Source: a virus. Taken from it: a stretch of 64,000 nt of DNA. Of the stretch, positions 10,011 to 19,076 are shown piece by piece; within the stretch, counting starts at the first letter, position 1; every line of letters starts with the position of its first letter. Both the position numbers and the translations under genes were made by a program. The stretch lies in IMG/VR virus record IMGVR_UViG_3300037225_000932, positions 32,001 through 96,000 of that record. One strand, written 5' to 3'. The notes beneath the pieces are model-generated. The model worked only from the letters and a program-made list of their open reading frames with translations. It was not told the DNA's origin and made no database searches.

Positions 10011-10045
10011 TTTGTTTTCCTAGAAAAAATGAGATATAATATGCT

Positions 10046-10606
10046 ATGGAAACTAACCCAAAAGAAAATAAGCCAAAGACAAAAGATGGAAGAAATATTA
10101 TTGATCACTATTTTTACTGGAAGACAGAACAAATCAAATCCGATCTTGATACTAAAAGACATAATTTTTCTGTTTTAACAAGCAATCTTTATAATGATTT
10201 TAATATTTCGCAAATAATAAGAAATGGTTGTGCTTTTTTAGCAAAAGAAGTTATTATTTATGGTTCAAAAAAATATGACAGAAGAGGAGCCGTTGGAACT
10301 CATCATTATACAAATTTTAAATATGTTAAAGAAATATCAGATTTAGACGACTTGGCAAAAAATTCAATAATAATAGGTATAGATAATATTGATGGAGCTT
10401 TACCGATCGAAACTTTTGAATGGCCAAAAAACGAACATTTTATTATTGCTTTTGGACAAGAGCAAGTTGGTCTTCCTCCGGAAATTATTTCCAGGTGCCA
10501 AAAAATAGTATATATTACTCAGTATGGAAGTGTAAGAAGTTTGAATGTGGGATGTTCAAGTGGTATCGCAATGTTTGATATTTGTTCAAAACTATATAAG
10601 AAATGA
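10046..10606 (+). CDS. SpoU/TrmH-family RNA 2'-O-methyltransferase
   Basis: SPOUT motifs NISQIIRN, FGQEQVG, SLNVG. Confidence 0.85.
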   Translation: METNPKENKPKTKDGRNIIDHYFYWKTEQIKSDLDTKRHNFSVLTSNLYNDFNISQIIRNGCAFLAKEVIIYGSKKYDRRGAVGTHHYTNFKYVKEISDLDDLAKNSIIIGIDNIDGALPIETFEWPKNEHFIIAFGQEQVGLPPEIISRCQKIVYITQYGSVRSLNVGCSSGIAMFDICSKLYKK

Positions 10607-10609
10607 GAT

Positions 10610-11455
10610 ATGTTAAACGAAAAAGAATATAACAATTTAAAAAGCAGAATAGTTAAAGCGGTTGATGATGTTCTAAAAGATTTTTTAGAAAAAAAAGACA
10701 ATAGTGTTTTAAAAGAAAAAATATATACAAATGGAATAATGTTATCTCCTAATGGAGAAATTCTTTGTAGAATAAGTGACAATAAAATAAAATGGTATCT
10801 TAAAAAGAACTTAGCAGAAAAAGTAAGCGACGATCCTCCAACTATCAAATTAAAATTTGAACCTAAAGGAAAAGGACATATAAATGATAAATTTTATTTA
10901 CAAGAAAAAGAAAATAAATGTGTAGTATGTGGGAGTATAGAAAACTTATCTAAACACCATGTAGTCCCTCAATGTTTTAGGAAATTTTTCCCTGATAATC
11001 TTAAAAATCATTCATATCATGATGTTCTACTTATGTGTAGAAAGTGTCATGATGAATATGAGGTTTTTGCTGATATATTAAAAAGAGATATATCTAAAGA
11101 ACATAATATTCCAGTTCAAGGATATGGAACACTAAATAATAACTTGGTAAAAAAAGCTAAGAAATCTGCTAATATACTTTTAAGAGATAAGAATATTAGT
11201 GAAAAAAGAAAAAATAAACTTAAAAATATTTTAATATTTTATTTTAATAAAAAAAATATATTTAAATCAGATATCATTAATGCTTCTAAAATAAATATGA
11301 ATACAGAAATAAAAGAACCTGTAGAATTCGGAAAATTTGTTGTAGAACATTTGTCTTCGTTAGAAGAATTTACTATAAAATGGAGAAAACATTTTATAGA
11401 AAAAATGTCTCCTAAGCATTTACCTGAATTTTGGGATATTAATAGAAAAATTTAA
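10610..11455 (+). CDS. HNH-like protein resembling the C-terminal domain of EXD2
   Basis: SPNGEILC...KWYL...LKFEPKG...KENKCVVCG...HHVVP...HDVLLMCxxCH. Confidence 0.65.
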   Translation: MLNEKEYNNLKSRIVKAVDDVLKDFLEKKDNSVLKEKIYTNGIMLSPNGEILCRISDNKIKWYLKKNLAEKVSDDPPTIKLKFEPKGKGHINDKFYLQEKENKCVVCGSIENLSKHHVVPQCFRKFFPDNLKNHSYHDVLLMCRKCHDEYEVFADILKRDISKEHNIPVQGYGTLNNNLVKKAKKSANILLRDKNISEKRKNKLKNILIFYFNKKNIFKSDIINASKINMNTEIKEPVEFGKFVVEHLSSLEEFTIKWRKHFIEKMSPKHLPEFWDINRKI

Positions 11456-11520
11456 CTAAAATAACAGTGGAGTTTTATGAGGTATAATAATCAAAAATAT
11501 TAAAACAAAGGAGAAATAAA

Positions 11521-11901
11521 ATGAATGTTCCAGTAAGAAAAGTAGAAGTGTTTCAAACAGACGATGGAAGAAAAGTAGAAGTTTATACAAAAATTTCTGA
11601 AACCGCATCAATGAAAGGATCAGAAAAGACAGAAGTATCTAAAGAAAATGTTATATATGCTGGAGTTGTTCATGTTGGGACTCCAATAGGTCCAAAAGAA
11701 ATAAAATTTGAAATAGAAGGAGCAAAAACACTAGAAGAAGCTTTAAATAAGTATTATGATTTTGCTAATGATGCTGCTAAAAAACTAATGGAAAAATTTG
11801 AAGAAGCTAGAAAAGAAGCTGAAAATCAAATAGTTACCGCTCCAGCAGGAGCTTTGAATGAAATAGATAAAGAAAGACCTAAATTAAGATTAGCAAAATG
11901 A
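11521..11901 (+). CDS. Hypothetical protein
   Basis: AAGGAG RBS with TATAAT upstream; clean ORF. Confidence 0.7.
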   Translation: MNVPVRKVEVFQTDDGRKVEVYTKISETASMKGSEKTEVSKENVIYAGVVHVGTPIGPKEIKFEIEGAKTLEEALNKYYDFANDAAKKLMEKFEEARKEAENQIVTAPAGALNEIDKERPKLRLAK

Positions 11902-12091
11902 AAAAAGAAGAAATAAAAGCGTGGAGAGTAGCACTTTTTTATTGTAAACAGTATTGCGATTGTAATCCAGATGTAGGGATGGGACCAAACAGTGAAATGC
12001 TATTAGACAGAATAAGTAGAGACTTTAATGTTATTTTTTTCTCAAGAAGATAAAAAACAAATACTTGAAGAATTTGAAAGGTATATAGCAT

Positions 12092-12430
12092 ATGGAGACT
12101 AATATTCCTAAAAATACTGATGATTTATTTTTTGAGCAAAAAAATGTATCTGATCCAAAAATACAAAAAATTATAGTAGCATCAAGAAGGATGAGAGATG
12201 CGAGAACAGCCGTGAATAGAAACATTAAAGAGATGAGTGAAATATTTAGAAATAAAGTTAGTGAAGAAAAAATGGAAGAATGGAGATTTAAAGGAGAAGA
12301 CGCTATTGATGAACAAATTATAGCTTCAAAAGAACTATATGAAGCTTTAGATGAATTTGACGGGACACATGTAGTAGAAGAGTTAAAAAAAGAATTTGGA
12401 GACGATATATTTGATGTTGAAGAATATTAA
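12092..12430 (+). CDS. Hypothetical protein
   Basis: ORF within the operon. Confidence 0.6.
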   Translation: METNIPKNTDDLFFEQKNVSDPKIQKIIVASRRMRDARTAVNRNIKEMSEIFRNKVSEEKMEEWRFKGEDAIDEQIIASKELYEALDEFDGTHVVEELKKEFGDDIFDVEEY

Positions 12431-12794
12431 AACAAAAGAGTTTCTTAATGGAAAAATTCATAGAGCAACAATCACTGGAACTTTTCCTGATTATGAGGGA
12501 AGTATAACTATAGATAAATATCTCATGGACCTTTCCGATATAGCTGAGTATGAAAAAGTTTTAGTAGCCAATATAGATACAGGAGAAAGATTTGAAACAT
12601 ATGCTATTTACGCAGAACCGTATTCAGGTCGGATAGAAATAAATGGAGCAGCAGCAAAAAAAGCTAAAATAGGCGAAAAAGTAATCATTATGTCTTTTGT
12701 TAGTTTAGAAAAAGGAGATAATGGAAAATATGAAAACAGTCCTTTTATGGTGAAAGTAGACGATAAAAATAAGGTTATAATATTTAAGGATTAA
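12414..12794 (+). CDS. panD: Aspartate 1-decarboxylase
   Basis: KIHRATIT, YEGSITID (Gly-Ser autocleavage site), RFETYAI, INGAAA; ATG 12414 likely start. Confidence 0.92.
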   Translation: MLKNIKTKEFLNGKIHRATITGTFPDYEGSITIDKYLMDLSDIAEYEKVLVANIDTGERFETYAIYAEPYSGRIEINGAAAKKAKIGEKVIIMSFVSLEKGDNGKYENSPFMVKVDDKNKVIIFKD

Positions 12795-12800
12795 AAATCT

Positions 12801-13013
12801 ATGATAGAACAAGAGATTAAACCAATAGGTCTAATTTATAAAAAACCATTTAAAAGTGAATTGGAGCTTAATTTGTATAATTTGTTTTGTTCTCATCCTG
12901 AGTTAAGTGAAAAGTATGAAATTGTAGATATGACCCAAATGACAGGTCAGGAAAAAAAGCAACTAATAGATAAAATACATTTAGAACTTGGTCTAAAAAA
13001 ATGGAGAGTATAA
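12801..13013 (+). CDS. Hypothetical protein
   Basis: AAGGA RBS; short ORF. Confidence 0.5.
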   Translation: MIEQEIKPIGLIYKKPFKSELELNLYNLFCSHPELSEKYEIVDMTQMTGQEKKQLIDKIHLELGLKKWRV

Positions 13014-13216
13014 TGGATATAATAGATTTGAGATCAAGAATAGAAAAAGAGATCAACATAACATCATCCGAAAATGGATCTAATACACCTGATTTTATTT
13101 TAGCAGAATATTTAACAGATTGCTTAGTGGCATTTGATAAGGCTACAAAACAGAGAGACAAGTGGTATGGGTTTAAGAATTTAAGTATAACTGATGGAAA
13201 TTGTGTTATAGAATAA
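13001..13216 (+). CDS. Small phage hypothetical protein
   Basis: SENGSNTPDFILAEYL motif; overlaps the upstream ORF. Confidence 0.6.
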   Translation: MESIMDIIDLRSRIEKEINITSSENGSNTPDFILAEYLTDCLVAFDKATKQRDKWYGFKNLSITDGNCVIE

Positions 13217-13283
13217 TAAATATAATATTTTTTAGCTTCTGTAACTCAACGGCCAAGATCGATTAAAAATATTCTAAATATTA

Positions 13284-13357
13284 GAGCCAAAGTCGCAATA
13301 GGATGCGAGAAGATCTCTAAAATCTTTAATGTATGGGTTCGACTCCCATTTGGCTCA
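13284..13357 (+). tRNA. Amber suppressor tRNA, anticodon CUA
   Basis: Acceptor GAGCCAA/TTGGCTC plus A; D arm TCGC/GCGA; anticodon stem AAGAT/ATCTT with loop CT-CTA-AA (CTA at 13317-13319); T arm ATGGG-TTCGACT-CCCAT; non-canonical A8; CCA not encoded. Confidence 0.88.
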
Positions 13358-13431
13358 CTTGAACTCAGACAGAAGCATTTAAGGTAAATTATTAGAAAGG
13401 ATGTCTATATGATTATGACTCTTCAGACAGT

Positions 13432-13632
13432 TTGCAGACGATTGTTATGAACCTTCCAGAAATAGTAAAAGATAAAAAAGATAAAATTAAGAATCTTTTT
13501 GATGAAGAGGGTATTGAAATTGCTAATACAATATTTGGTAGAGGTCTAAGTCCATATTTAGGATCATCACTTATGGATAAAGCTGAGAGTATAAATGTGG
13601 TTGTCCGAATGCTCGCAGAACACCGTCTATGA
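13432..13632 (+). CDS. Hypothetical protein or gene fragment
   Basis: Short ORF with an uncertain start. Confidence 0.35.
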   Translation: MQTIVMNLPEIVKDKKDKIKNLFDEEGIEIANTIFGRGLSPYLGSSLMDKAESINVVVRMLAEHRL

Positions 13633-13647
13633 ATAATAATGAAACTT

Positions 13648-13677
13648 AAAGGAAAATTTTATTTTTTGCCGAATAAA
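13648..13677 (+). promoter_or_regulatory. Phage promoter AAAGGA-N17-GAATA, sigma-28-like (TAAAGG...GCCGAATA)
   Basis: Matches a motif found at many other positions in the window. Confidence 0.6.
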
Positions 13678-13696
13678 TATAATAAGGAGAAAAAAT

Positions 13697-14050
13697 ATGA
13701 GTTAGGTATCAAAATGTCAAGTATCAGAAAACCATCCGTTTGTTTATGTCTTAGTTAGAAAAGATTTATCATTTGGATCATGTTGCGTTCAATCATGTCA
13801 TGTCATCATAGAAGCCTCTAAAACTTTTGGATTCACATAGGAACATCCTTCTATAATTGTCTGTGAAGTATCAGACGAATGTTCTTTATTACGTTCAGCA
13901 TCTAAGTTAGAAAAATCTGGTATATCTTTTAAACTATTTCAAGAACCAGATATAGACAATCATTATACAGCCTTAGCAACCAGACATGTTTATGGGTCTG
14001 AAAGGTTATTATTTAAACATTTTCAGCTTTTAAAAGGAGATAAAATATGA
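13697..14050 (+). CDS. PTH2/PTRHD1-like peptidyl-tRNA hydrolase-fold protein with two in-frame TAG codons (absent from the ORF track)
   Basis: Hand translation: MS*VSKCQVSENHPFVYVLVRKDLSFGSCCVQSCHVIIEASKTFGFT*EHPSIIVCEVSDECSLLRSASKLEKSGISFKLFQEPDIDNHYTALATRHVYGSERLLFKHFQLLKGDKI. TAG at 13703 and 13838; AAGGAG RBS; TGA overlaps the next ATG. Confidence 0.75.
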
Positions 14051-14526
14051 GTAATTTAACAAGTTTTGGAATGTATGTGCCTCTCGATTATGAAACTTAC
14101 AAAAAAATTAAAATAATAAAATCTGTAATCAATGTTTCTGTTTTTAAAGTAAAAAGATGGAACAGGTGGATAAAAAAAGACCCCAAAAATAGAACTTATA
14201 AAAAAAACATAGTAAATGATAAAGGTCAGAAAATAGGTCAAGAAATAACAGGGTTTATTATAGAGCCATTTCCGTGTGAAATATTTTTTGAAAAAAATAA
14301 AAGGTATAGTCATTTTGGATATAATAACCAATATCACTATAATGAGATAGAGATAGAAGAATGGAAAGAAAAGGATATTCAAAAATGGTTAAAACAATGG
14401 GATTTGGCTAAAAAGGTATATAAAGAAGATAAAGATGTTAAACCATTAGAGATTTCAAAAGATAAAATAGAAGAGACTTATAAAAAAATATTAGATTTTT
14501 ATAACAATTTTGTTAAAAAATCTTGA
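14047..14526 (+). CDS. Hypothetical protein
   Basis: AAGGAG RBS; ATGA overlap with the upstream gene. Confidence 0.65.
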   Translation: MSNLTSFGMYVPLDYETYKKIKIIKSVINVSVFKVKRWNRWIKKDPKNRTYKKNIVNDKGQKIGQEITGFIIEPFPCEIFFEKNKRYSHFGYNNQYHYNEIEIEEWKEKDIQKWLKQWDLAKKVYKEDKDVKPLEISKDKIEETYKKILDFYNNFVKKS

Positions 14527-14579
14527 ATGTGTTATTTTAACAGAGTATAATAATATAAACATTTTTTTAGGAGAAAACC

Positions 14580-14831
14580 ATGAAGTTTGAATTACAAACA
14601 AAAGAGATAGATAATCTCAACTTAATTAACCATCGTAGGACTATTTGGATGGGATATGCTAAAAACTTTTCTTTAGATGAAGAATATTTAGATGAAAAAG
14701 ATACAGGGAAAAAGAAAACATATAGAGAGTCAATTTCTAGCATAAATGCTTTTCCTTGTGTAGTTTTTTATTATGACACATTAGGTAATGAACGTTATAT
14801 AGAAGTCACTAAGAAAGTTTTGTTAAATTAG
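14580..14831 (+). CDS. Hypothetical protein
   Basis: TATAAT and AGGAG upstream. Confidence 0.6.
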   Translation: MKFELQTKEIDNLNLINHRRTIWMGYAKNFSLDEEYLDEKDTGKKKTYRESISSINAFPCVVFYYDTLGNERYIEVTKKVLLN

Positions 14832-15398
14832 TTATTTAATAATGGCTATTAGAATATCATCATACCTATTTTTGTTTTTTATTAGATCATATATTTTTAT
14901 ATTATTATATAAATTTTGAAAGTGCTTTATATTTTCAGGAGATACGTCTTCTATAATATAAATACCTCCTGTTTTTAATATTGGGGAAAATATATTAAAT
15001 GATTTTAATTGATTTCTTACTTTGTGAGATGCGTCATCTATAATAATATCAAAACTAATTCCAAAAAATTCTTTATCAATAGCAACCTTATCTTCGGTAT
15101 TTATTCTATGAAAAATTATTGATTTATGGTTTTTGATAATATTAGGACACTCTTTAATATCAATACCATAAATTATAGATTTATTAAAATATTCTGACCA
15201 TAAAAGAAGAGATCCACCACTCCCAACTCCTAACTCTAATAGGTTTATATTTTTATTAACAAAAGGAGAAAATATATTTTTATATATATTTATGTAAGAG
15301 TGAGTGGTCCCTTTGTCTGTTAGGTGAGAATATTTTTTGTATATTTCACTTAGATTGGGTAATATAATTGGTTTTTTATATTTAATATTAAGTCTCAT
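14832..15398 (-). CDS. Class I SAM-dependent (sugar O-) methyltransferase
   Basis: TDKGTTHSY, LLELGVGSGGS, DIIIDDASH, LKTGGIYIIEDV. Confidence 0.8.
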   Translation of the reverse strand: MRLNIKYKKPIILPNLSEIYKKYSHLTDKGTTHSYINIYKNIFSPFVNKNINLLELGVGSGGSLLLWSEYFNKSIIYGIDIKECPNIIKNHKSIIFHRINTEDKVAIDKEFFGISFDIIIDDASHKVRNQLKSFNIFSPILKTGGIYIIEDVSPENIKHFQNLYNNIKIYDLIKNKNRYDDILIAIIK

Positions 15399-15405
15399 TA
15401 TGTAT

Positions 15406-15474
15406 TATTTTCTTTTAATATTTTTCATATCCTCTATAATATAGAGGATTTTGTGATTTTTTATAAAAATAAAA
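15406..15474. promoter_or_regulatory. Back-to-back divergent AGAGGA-N17 promoters
   Basis: Palindrome atcctctata-a-tatagaggat at 15429-15449. Confidence 0.5.
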
Positions 15475-15506
15475 AGATAATATAAATTATTTTTAAGGAA
15501 AAGAGT

Positions 15507-18500
15507 ATGACTACATATTTTGATGTCTACATAAAAGACTGTTTTACAAAAGAAGCACAAACCTCACCTTCTACAATAAAAGGGCCAGAAGTAGATTTGC
15601 TTATAAATACCGTGCATAACATGATGGGATTGGGGGCTCCAACCGTATTTGACTTTCAAGGTTTTAATAAACAGGATTATAATAGTCCGGCTGTAATGGA
15701 TATTAATAATTTATCTCCTGGAATGGAAATGTCTATTCCTCTTGCTGTCGCTGGGGTTAGAGTTCTTTATAAATATAAAAAAACTCAAGTAAGTAATTAT
15801 GATGTAATGGTTTCTGGAATATCTCAGTTGATAGATCAAGCAAAAGGAATACAGACAACACAAACTAGTGTTTCTTCTAATAAAGTTATACCAAGAGGCC
15901 AAAATCAATATGGAGCTTCATTATTTATAATACATGATCTTGGAAGAAAAGCTTCTAATATAAAAAAACTAATAGAGAGTTCTATGATTAGGATGAACGA
16001 CAATAGAGAGTCTTGGAAAGTTTTTATAGCAGCAATAAAAGAAGGTATTGATGTTTATCAAATTGATCCAAAATATATTAATATATTAAAAGTTGCTCTA
16101 GATGCTTATGGTTATGATACTTCTGAAATGACTGCTTCTCCTGAGCAATTAAAAACAGATAAATTAGACAAACCAGGAAAACCAGAATTAAAAAGCGTAG
16201 TTTATAGAGATGATGTATTATATATTGATTTAGGTGGATATGATGTAGACTTTATATCTTTTATAAAAAGATTACCGTCGAGATTGAGAACTTATGATTC
16301 ACAATCAAGAATATGGGGATTTATAAGACCAGATCAAGGTATTGTTAAAGAAACGATATTAGTTTTAGATAAACATTTTGACACTCAACAACTTAAGGAT
16401 ATCTTACCAAGACTTCCTGAAAATAGTGAAGAGTTTAACAGTCAGACAGAAGAGAAAAAAATAGAAGGTGATATTCCATTAAAGATAAAAGATATAACAC
16501 AAAATACTAAAGGTAAATGGCATCTTGCTTTTGGCTCTTATACGACAGGATCAAGAGAAGGGGATTATCTTAAAGAAATTATAAAATTTATGTTTCCAGT
16601 ATATGGACCTGATGGAGAAAGAATGTTAGCAGTAGTTCCAACAATAAGTTCTCCATATGATCCAGCGGATCCTAATGATCCAAATCATCCTCGTAGAAGA
16701 ATGGGATATTCAACAGGATATGAAGAGGAAGAGGGAAATAATTATGAAGTATCTGGCTATAAAGAATATTTAGTTAGAGGAAATTATAATAAATATAGAC
16801 AATTGAGTTCTGTATTAAAACGATATGGATTTGATAATAAAGAGTTTAATAAAATAATAGCAGGTCTAATAACTAACAATATAGTTAAAATTACCAGGAT
16901 AGAAGGAGACCTTGAAGGATTTCAAAAGGAAAGAAAATTTGTTGATGCCGCAGGAAATGAAAGAATAACTAAAGTAAATGATATAAATAAATTTGATCAA
17001 GAAGTAACATCATATAATAAAAAAATTATTAAAGATGGTAAAGAAATTAACTTTGAACTATATGATTTACAAAAAGATGGAATAGCTTTTTTGTATGGAA
17101 GAAACTCAGCAATTCTTGGGGATTCGACAGGCTTAGGAAAAACGAATATGCTCATTATAGCTGCGGATATGAGAATAAAACAACACGGAGGTAAGGTTTT
17201 AATAATAACTTTAAATCAAACACAAAATCAATGGATAGAAGAAATAAAGAGGTTCGCAAAAGTTAATCCTGAAGATATCTCTGTTGATCCTTTAAGATTA
17301 GCCACTTGGACAGTTTTGACATATGTTGATTTTCAAGTAAAAAGCACTAGAGATGCACATACTCAGTCATTACAACAACAAGTTGCTCAAGGTAATATAA
17401 CTTGTATGATTTTAGATGAATGTCATAGTATTAAAAATACTACAGCAACAAGAACAGAAAATATTCAAAATATATCAAGTTATACTGATGAAAAAACTGG
17501 TCAAACTCATACAGTTCCTTTTGCTTGGGGTGCTAGTGCTACTATTGTAGCTAATAGACCAATAGATGTTTATAATCAATTAAAAGCTGTAAACCATCCA
17601 TTAGGAAGATTGTCATTTAAGACTTTTGCTGAAAACTTTGGAGCTATGGTAAAAGGAAGATATGGACTTGAAGATGCCAGTATTGAGGATCAGGTTATAG
17701 CAGCTAATAAACTAAAAGAATGGTTAATTAACTTTAAGGTTTTCGTTTCTAGGACAAAAGAAGATGTTCGTAAAGATATGCCTGGATTTTCTGTAGATGA
17801 TGTTCCGGTAAAAGTTGATATGAAAAACTTATATCAATGTATATCTGGCAAGCTAGAAACTTATAAAAATCCTAATCTACCAGTATCGGTTATGATAGCA
17901 ACAAGAGATTGTTTAGCATCAGCTAAAGCTATTCATTCAGCCAAATTAGCTAATGATGTTTTAAGAGAAGGTAAAAAGGTTATGGTATTTACCGCTTTTA
18001 GAGATGCTGCTTCTAGAATACAATTTTTTTTACAGAAAATATTAAATGACATTGGACATGGGGGACAGGTTCTTCCTATTCTTGGAGGAATGCACCAAAA
18101 GACTAAAAATGAGACGATAAGACAGTTTAAGGACCCAAATTCTAATATTAGAGCATTAGTTTTAGGTATAGCAGCCGGTGGTACCGGTTTGGATTTTCCT
18201 AATGTTGTCGAAACAGTAATAGAAAATGACTTCGACTGGACTCCAGCCTCAACCGAGCAAATGAGAGGAAGAGCATATAGAATAAGCAGTAACAGACCAG
18301 TAAAATCTAAATCTCTAATAGCAGAAGGAACACCCGATGAGCAGTTTAAGGAAAAAGTAGATAATAAAATACAAATTGCTGAAGTTATAGGAAAGCTTAC
18401 ACAAGAGCAGCTTGATTTGTTTAGCAGAGGAAAACATCGTGACGATCTAAGATTAAAAGAAATAGAAAAGCAGCTTATAGATATGGTAGGAAAACAAATA

Positions 18501-18632
18501 GCAGAAGAAGAGGATGAAGCTAGATTTCAAGAAAATACAGCAAAAGATATACTAAGTCATCTTGAACTGGGTGGATATAGACATGCTTCTAAAAAAACAA
18601 ATAATTGGTATAAACAAGCAAGGAGCCAATGA
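15507..18632 (+). CDS. SNF2/SWI2-family helicase/ATPase
   Basis: GDSTGLGKT, ILDECH, SAT, AGGTGLDF, DWTP..EQMRGRAYRI. Confidence 0.9.
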   Translation: MTTYFDVYIKDCFTKEAQTSPSTIKGPEVDLLINTVHNMMGLGAPTVFDFQGFNKQDYNSPAVMDINNLSPGMEMSIPLAVAGVRVLYKYKKTQVSNYDVMVSGISQLIDQAKGIQTTQTSVSSNKVIPRGQNQYGASLFIIHDLGRKASNIKKLIESSMIRMNDNRESWKVFIAAIKEGIDVYQIDPKYINILKVALDAYGYDTSEMTASPEQLKTDKLDKPGKPELKSVVYRDDVLYIDLGGYDVDFISFIKRLPSRLRTYDSQSRIWGFIRPDQGIVKETILVLDKHFDTQQLKDILPRLPENSEEFNSQTEEKKIEGDIPLKIKDITQNTKGKWHLAFGSYTTGSREGDYLKEIIKFMFPVYGPDGERMLAVVPTISSPYDPADPNDPNHPRRRMGYSTGYEEEEGNNYEVSGYKEYLVRGNYNKYRQLSSVLKRYGFDNKEFNKIIAGLITNNIVKITRIEGDLEGFQKERKFVDAAGNERITKVNDINKFDQEVTSYNKKIIKDGKEINFELYDLQKDGIAFLYGRNSAILGDSTGLGKTNMLIIAADMRIKQHGGKVLIITLNQTQNQWIEEIKRFAKVNPEDISVDPLRLATWTVLTYVDFQVKSTRDAHTQSLQQQVAQGNITCMILDECHSIKNTTATRTENIQNISSYTDEKTGQTHTVPFAWGASATIVANRPIDVYNQLKAVNHPLGRLSFKTFAENFGAMVKGRYGLEDASIEDQVIAANKLKEWLINFKVFVSRTKEDVRKDMPGFSVDDVPVKVDMKNLYQCISGKLETYKNPNLPVSVMIATRDCLASAKAIHSAKLANDVLREGKKVMVFTAFRDAASRIQFFLQKILNDIGHGGQVLPILGGMHQKTKNETIRQFKDPNSNIRALVLGIAAGGTGLDFPNVVETVIENDFDWTPASTEQMRGRAYRISSNRPVKSKSLIAEGTPDEQFKEKVDNKIQIAEVIGKLTQEQLDLFSRGKHRDDLRLKEIEKQLIDMVGKQIAEEEDEARFQENTAKDILSHLELGGYRHASKKTNNWYKQARSQ

Positions 18633-18934
18633 AGATGGAAATTGATAAAGAATTACAATCAATAGCTACAGATTGGGCAGAAAAGATATTTAATAACATA
18701 TATACTGCTCTCAATGATCCTACAGTTGGAATGGAAGATGAAGTTAAAAAAGTTTATAATGATATAAAAGACTGGGGACTTTTAGATAAGGTTGATATTA
18801 ATAGTTCTCAAGCTCACGAATATTATATTCCAATAATAGCTATGCCTAAATATAAAATTCTTTTACAACACAAGCTAAACCCACCAAAATCAAAATGGGA
18901 AGTTGTGACCGGACAGGTTGTTAAAAAGAAATAA
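18629..18934 (+). CDS. Hypothetical protein
   Basis: ATGA-coupled ORF. Confidence 0.55.
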   Translation: MKMEIDKELQSIATDWAEKIFNNIYTALNDPTVGMEDEVKKVYNDIKDWGLLDKVDINSSQAHEYYIPIIAMPKYKILLQHKLNPPKSKWEVVTGQVVKKK

Positions 18935-19076
18935 TAATTTCTTAAGAAAATGTCTAGTCTTTTTTAATATTTTATTATAATAATCAAGTTATTTGACTTT
19001 GTGTTTTTTATAACATATAAAACTAAAGTGATAAAAAATACATTAATATATAGTATAACATAAAATAGGAGAATGT

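Noticed and set aside
11898-12102. Small ORF MKKEEIKAWRV... apparently broken in a T7 run near 12034-12040
   Set aside because: Could be a 51-aa gene, a pseudogene or a homopolymer error; no evidence for programmed recoding
13284-13357. tRNA-Pyl
   Set aside because: Shares the CUCUAAA loop but has a canonical T loop, GG in the D loop, two nucleotides between acceptor and D stems and a longer variable region; no pyl genes in the window
13360-13432. Another in-frame TAG (13393) upstream of ORF 13432 as a further readthrough case
   Set aside because: No start codon or RBS upstream in that frame, so readthrough is unsupported
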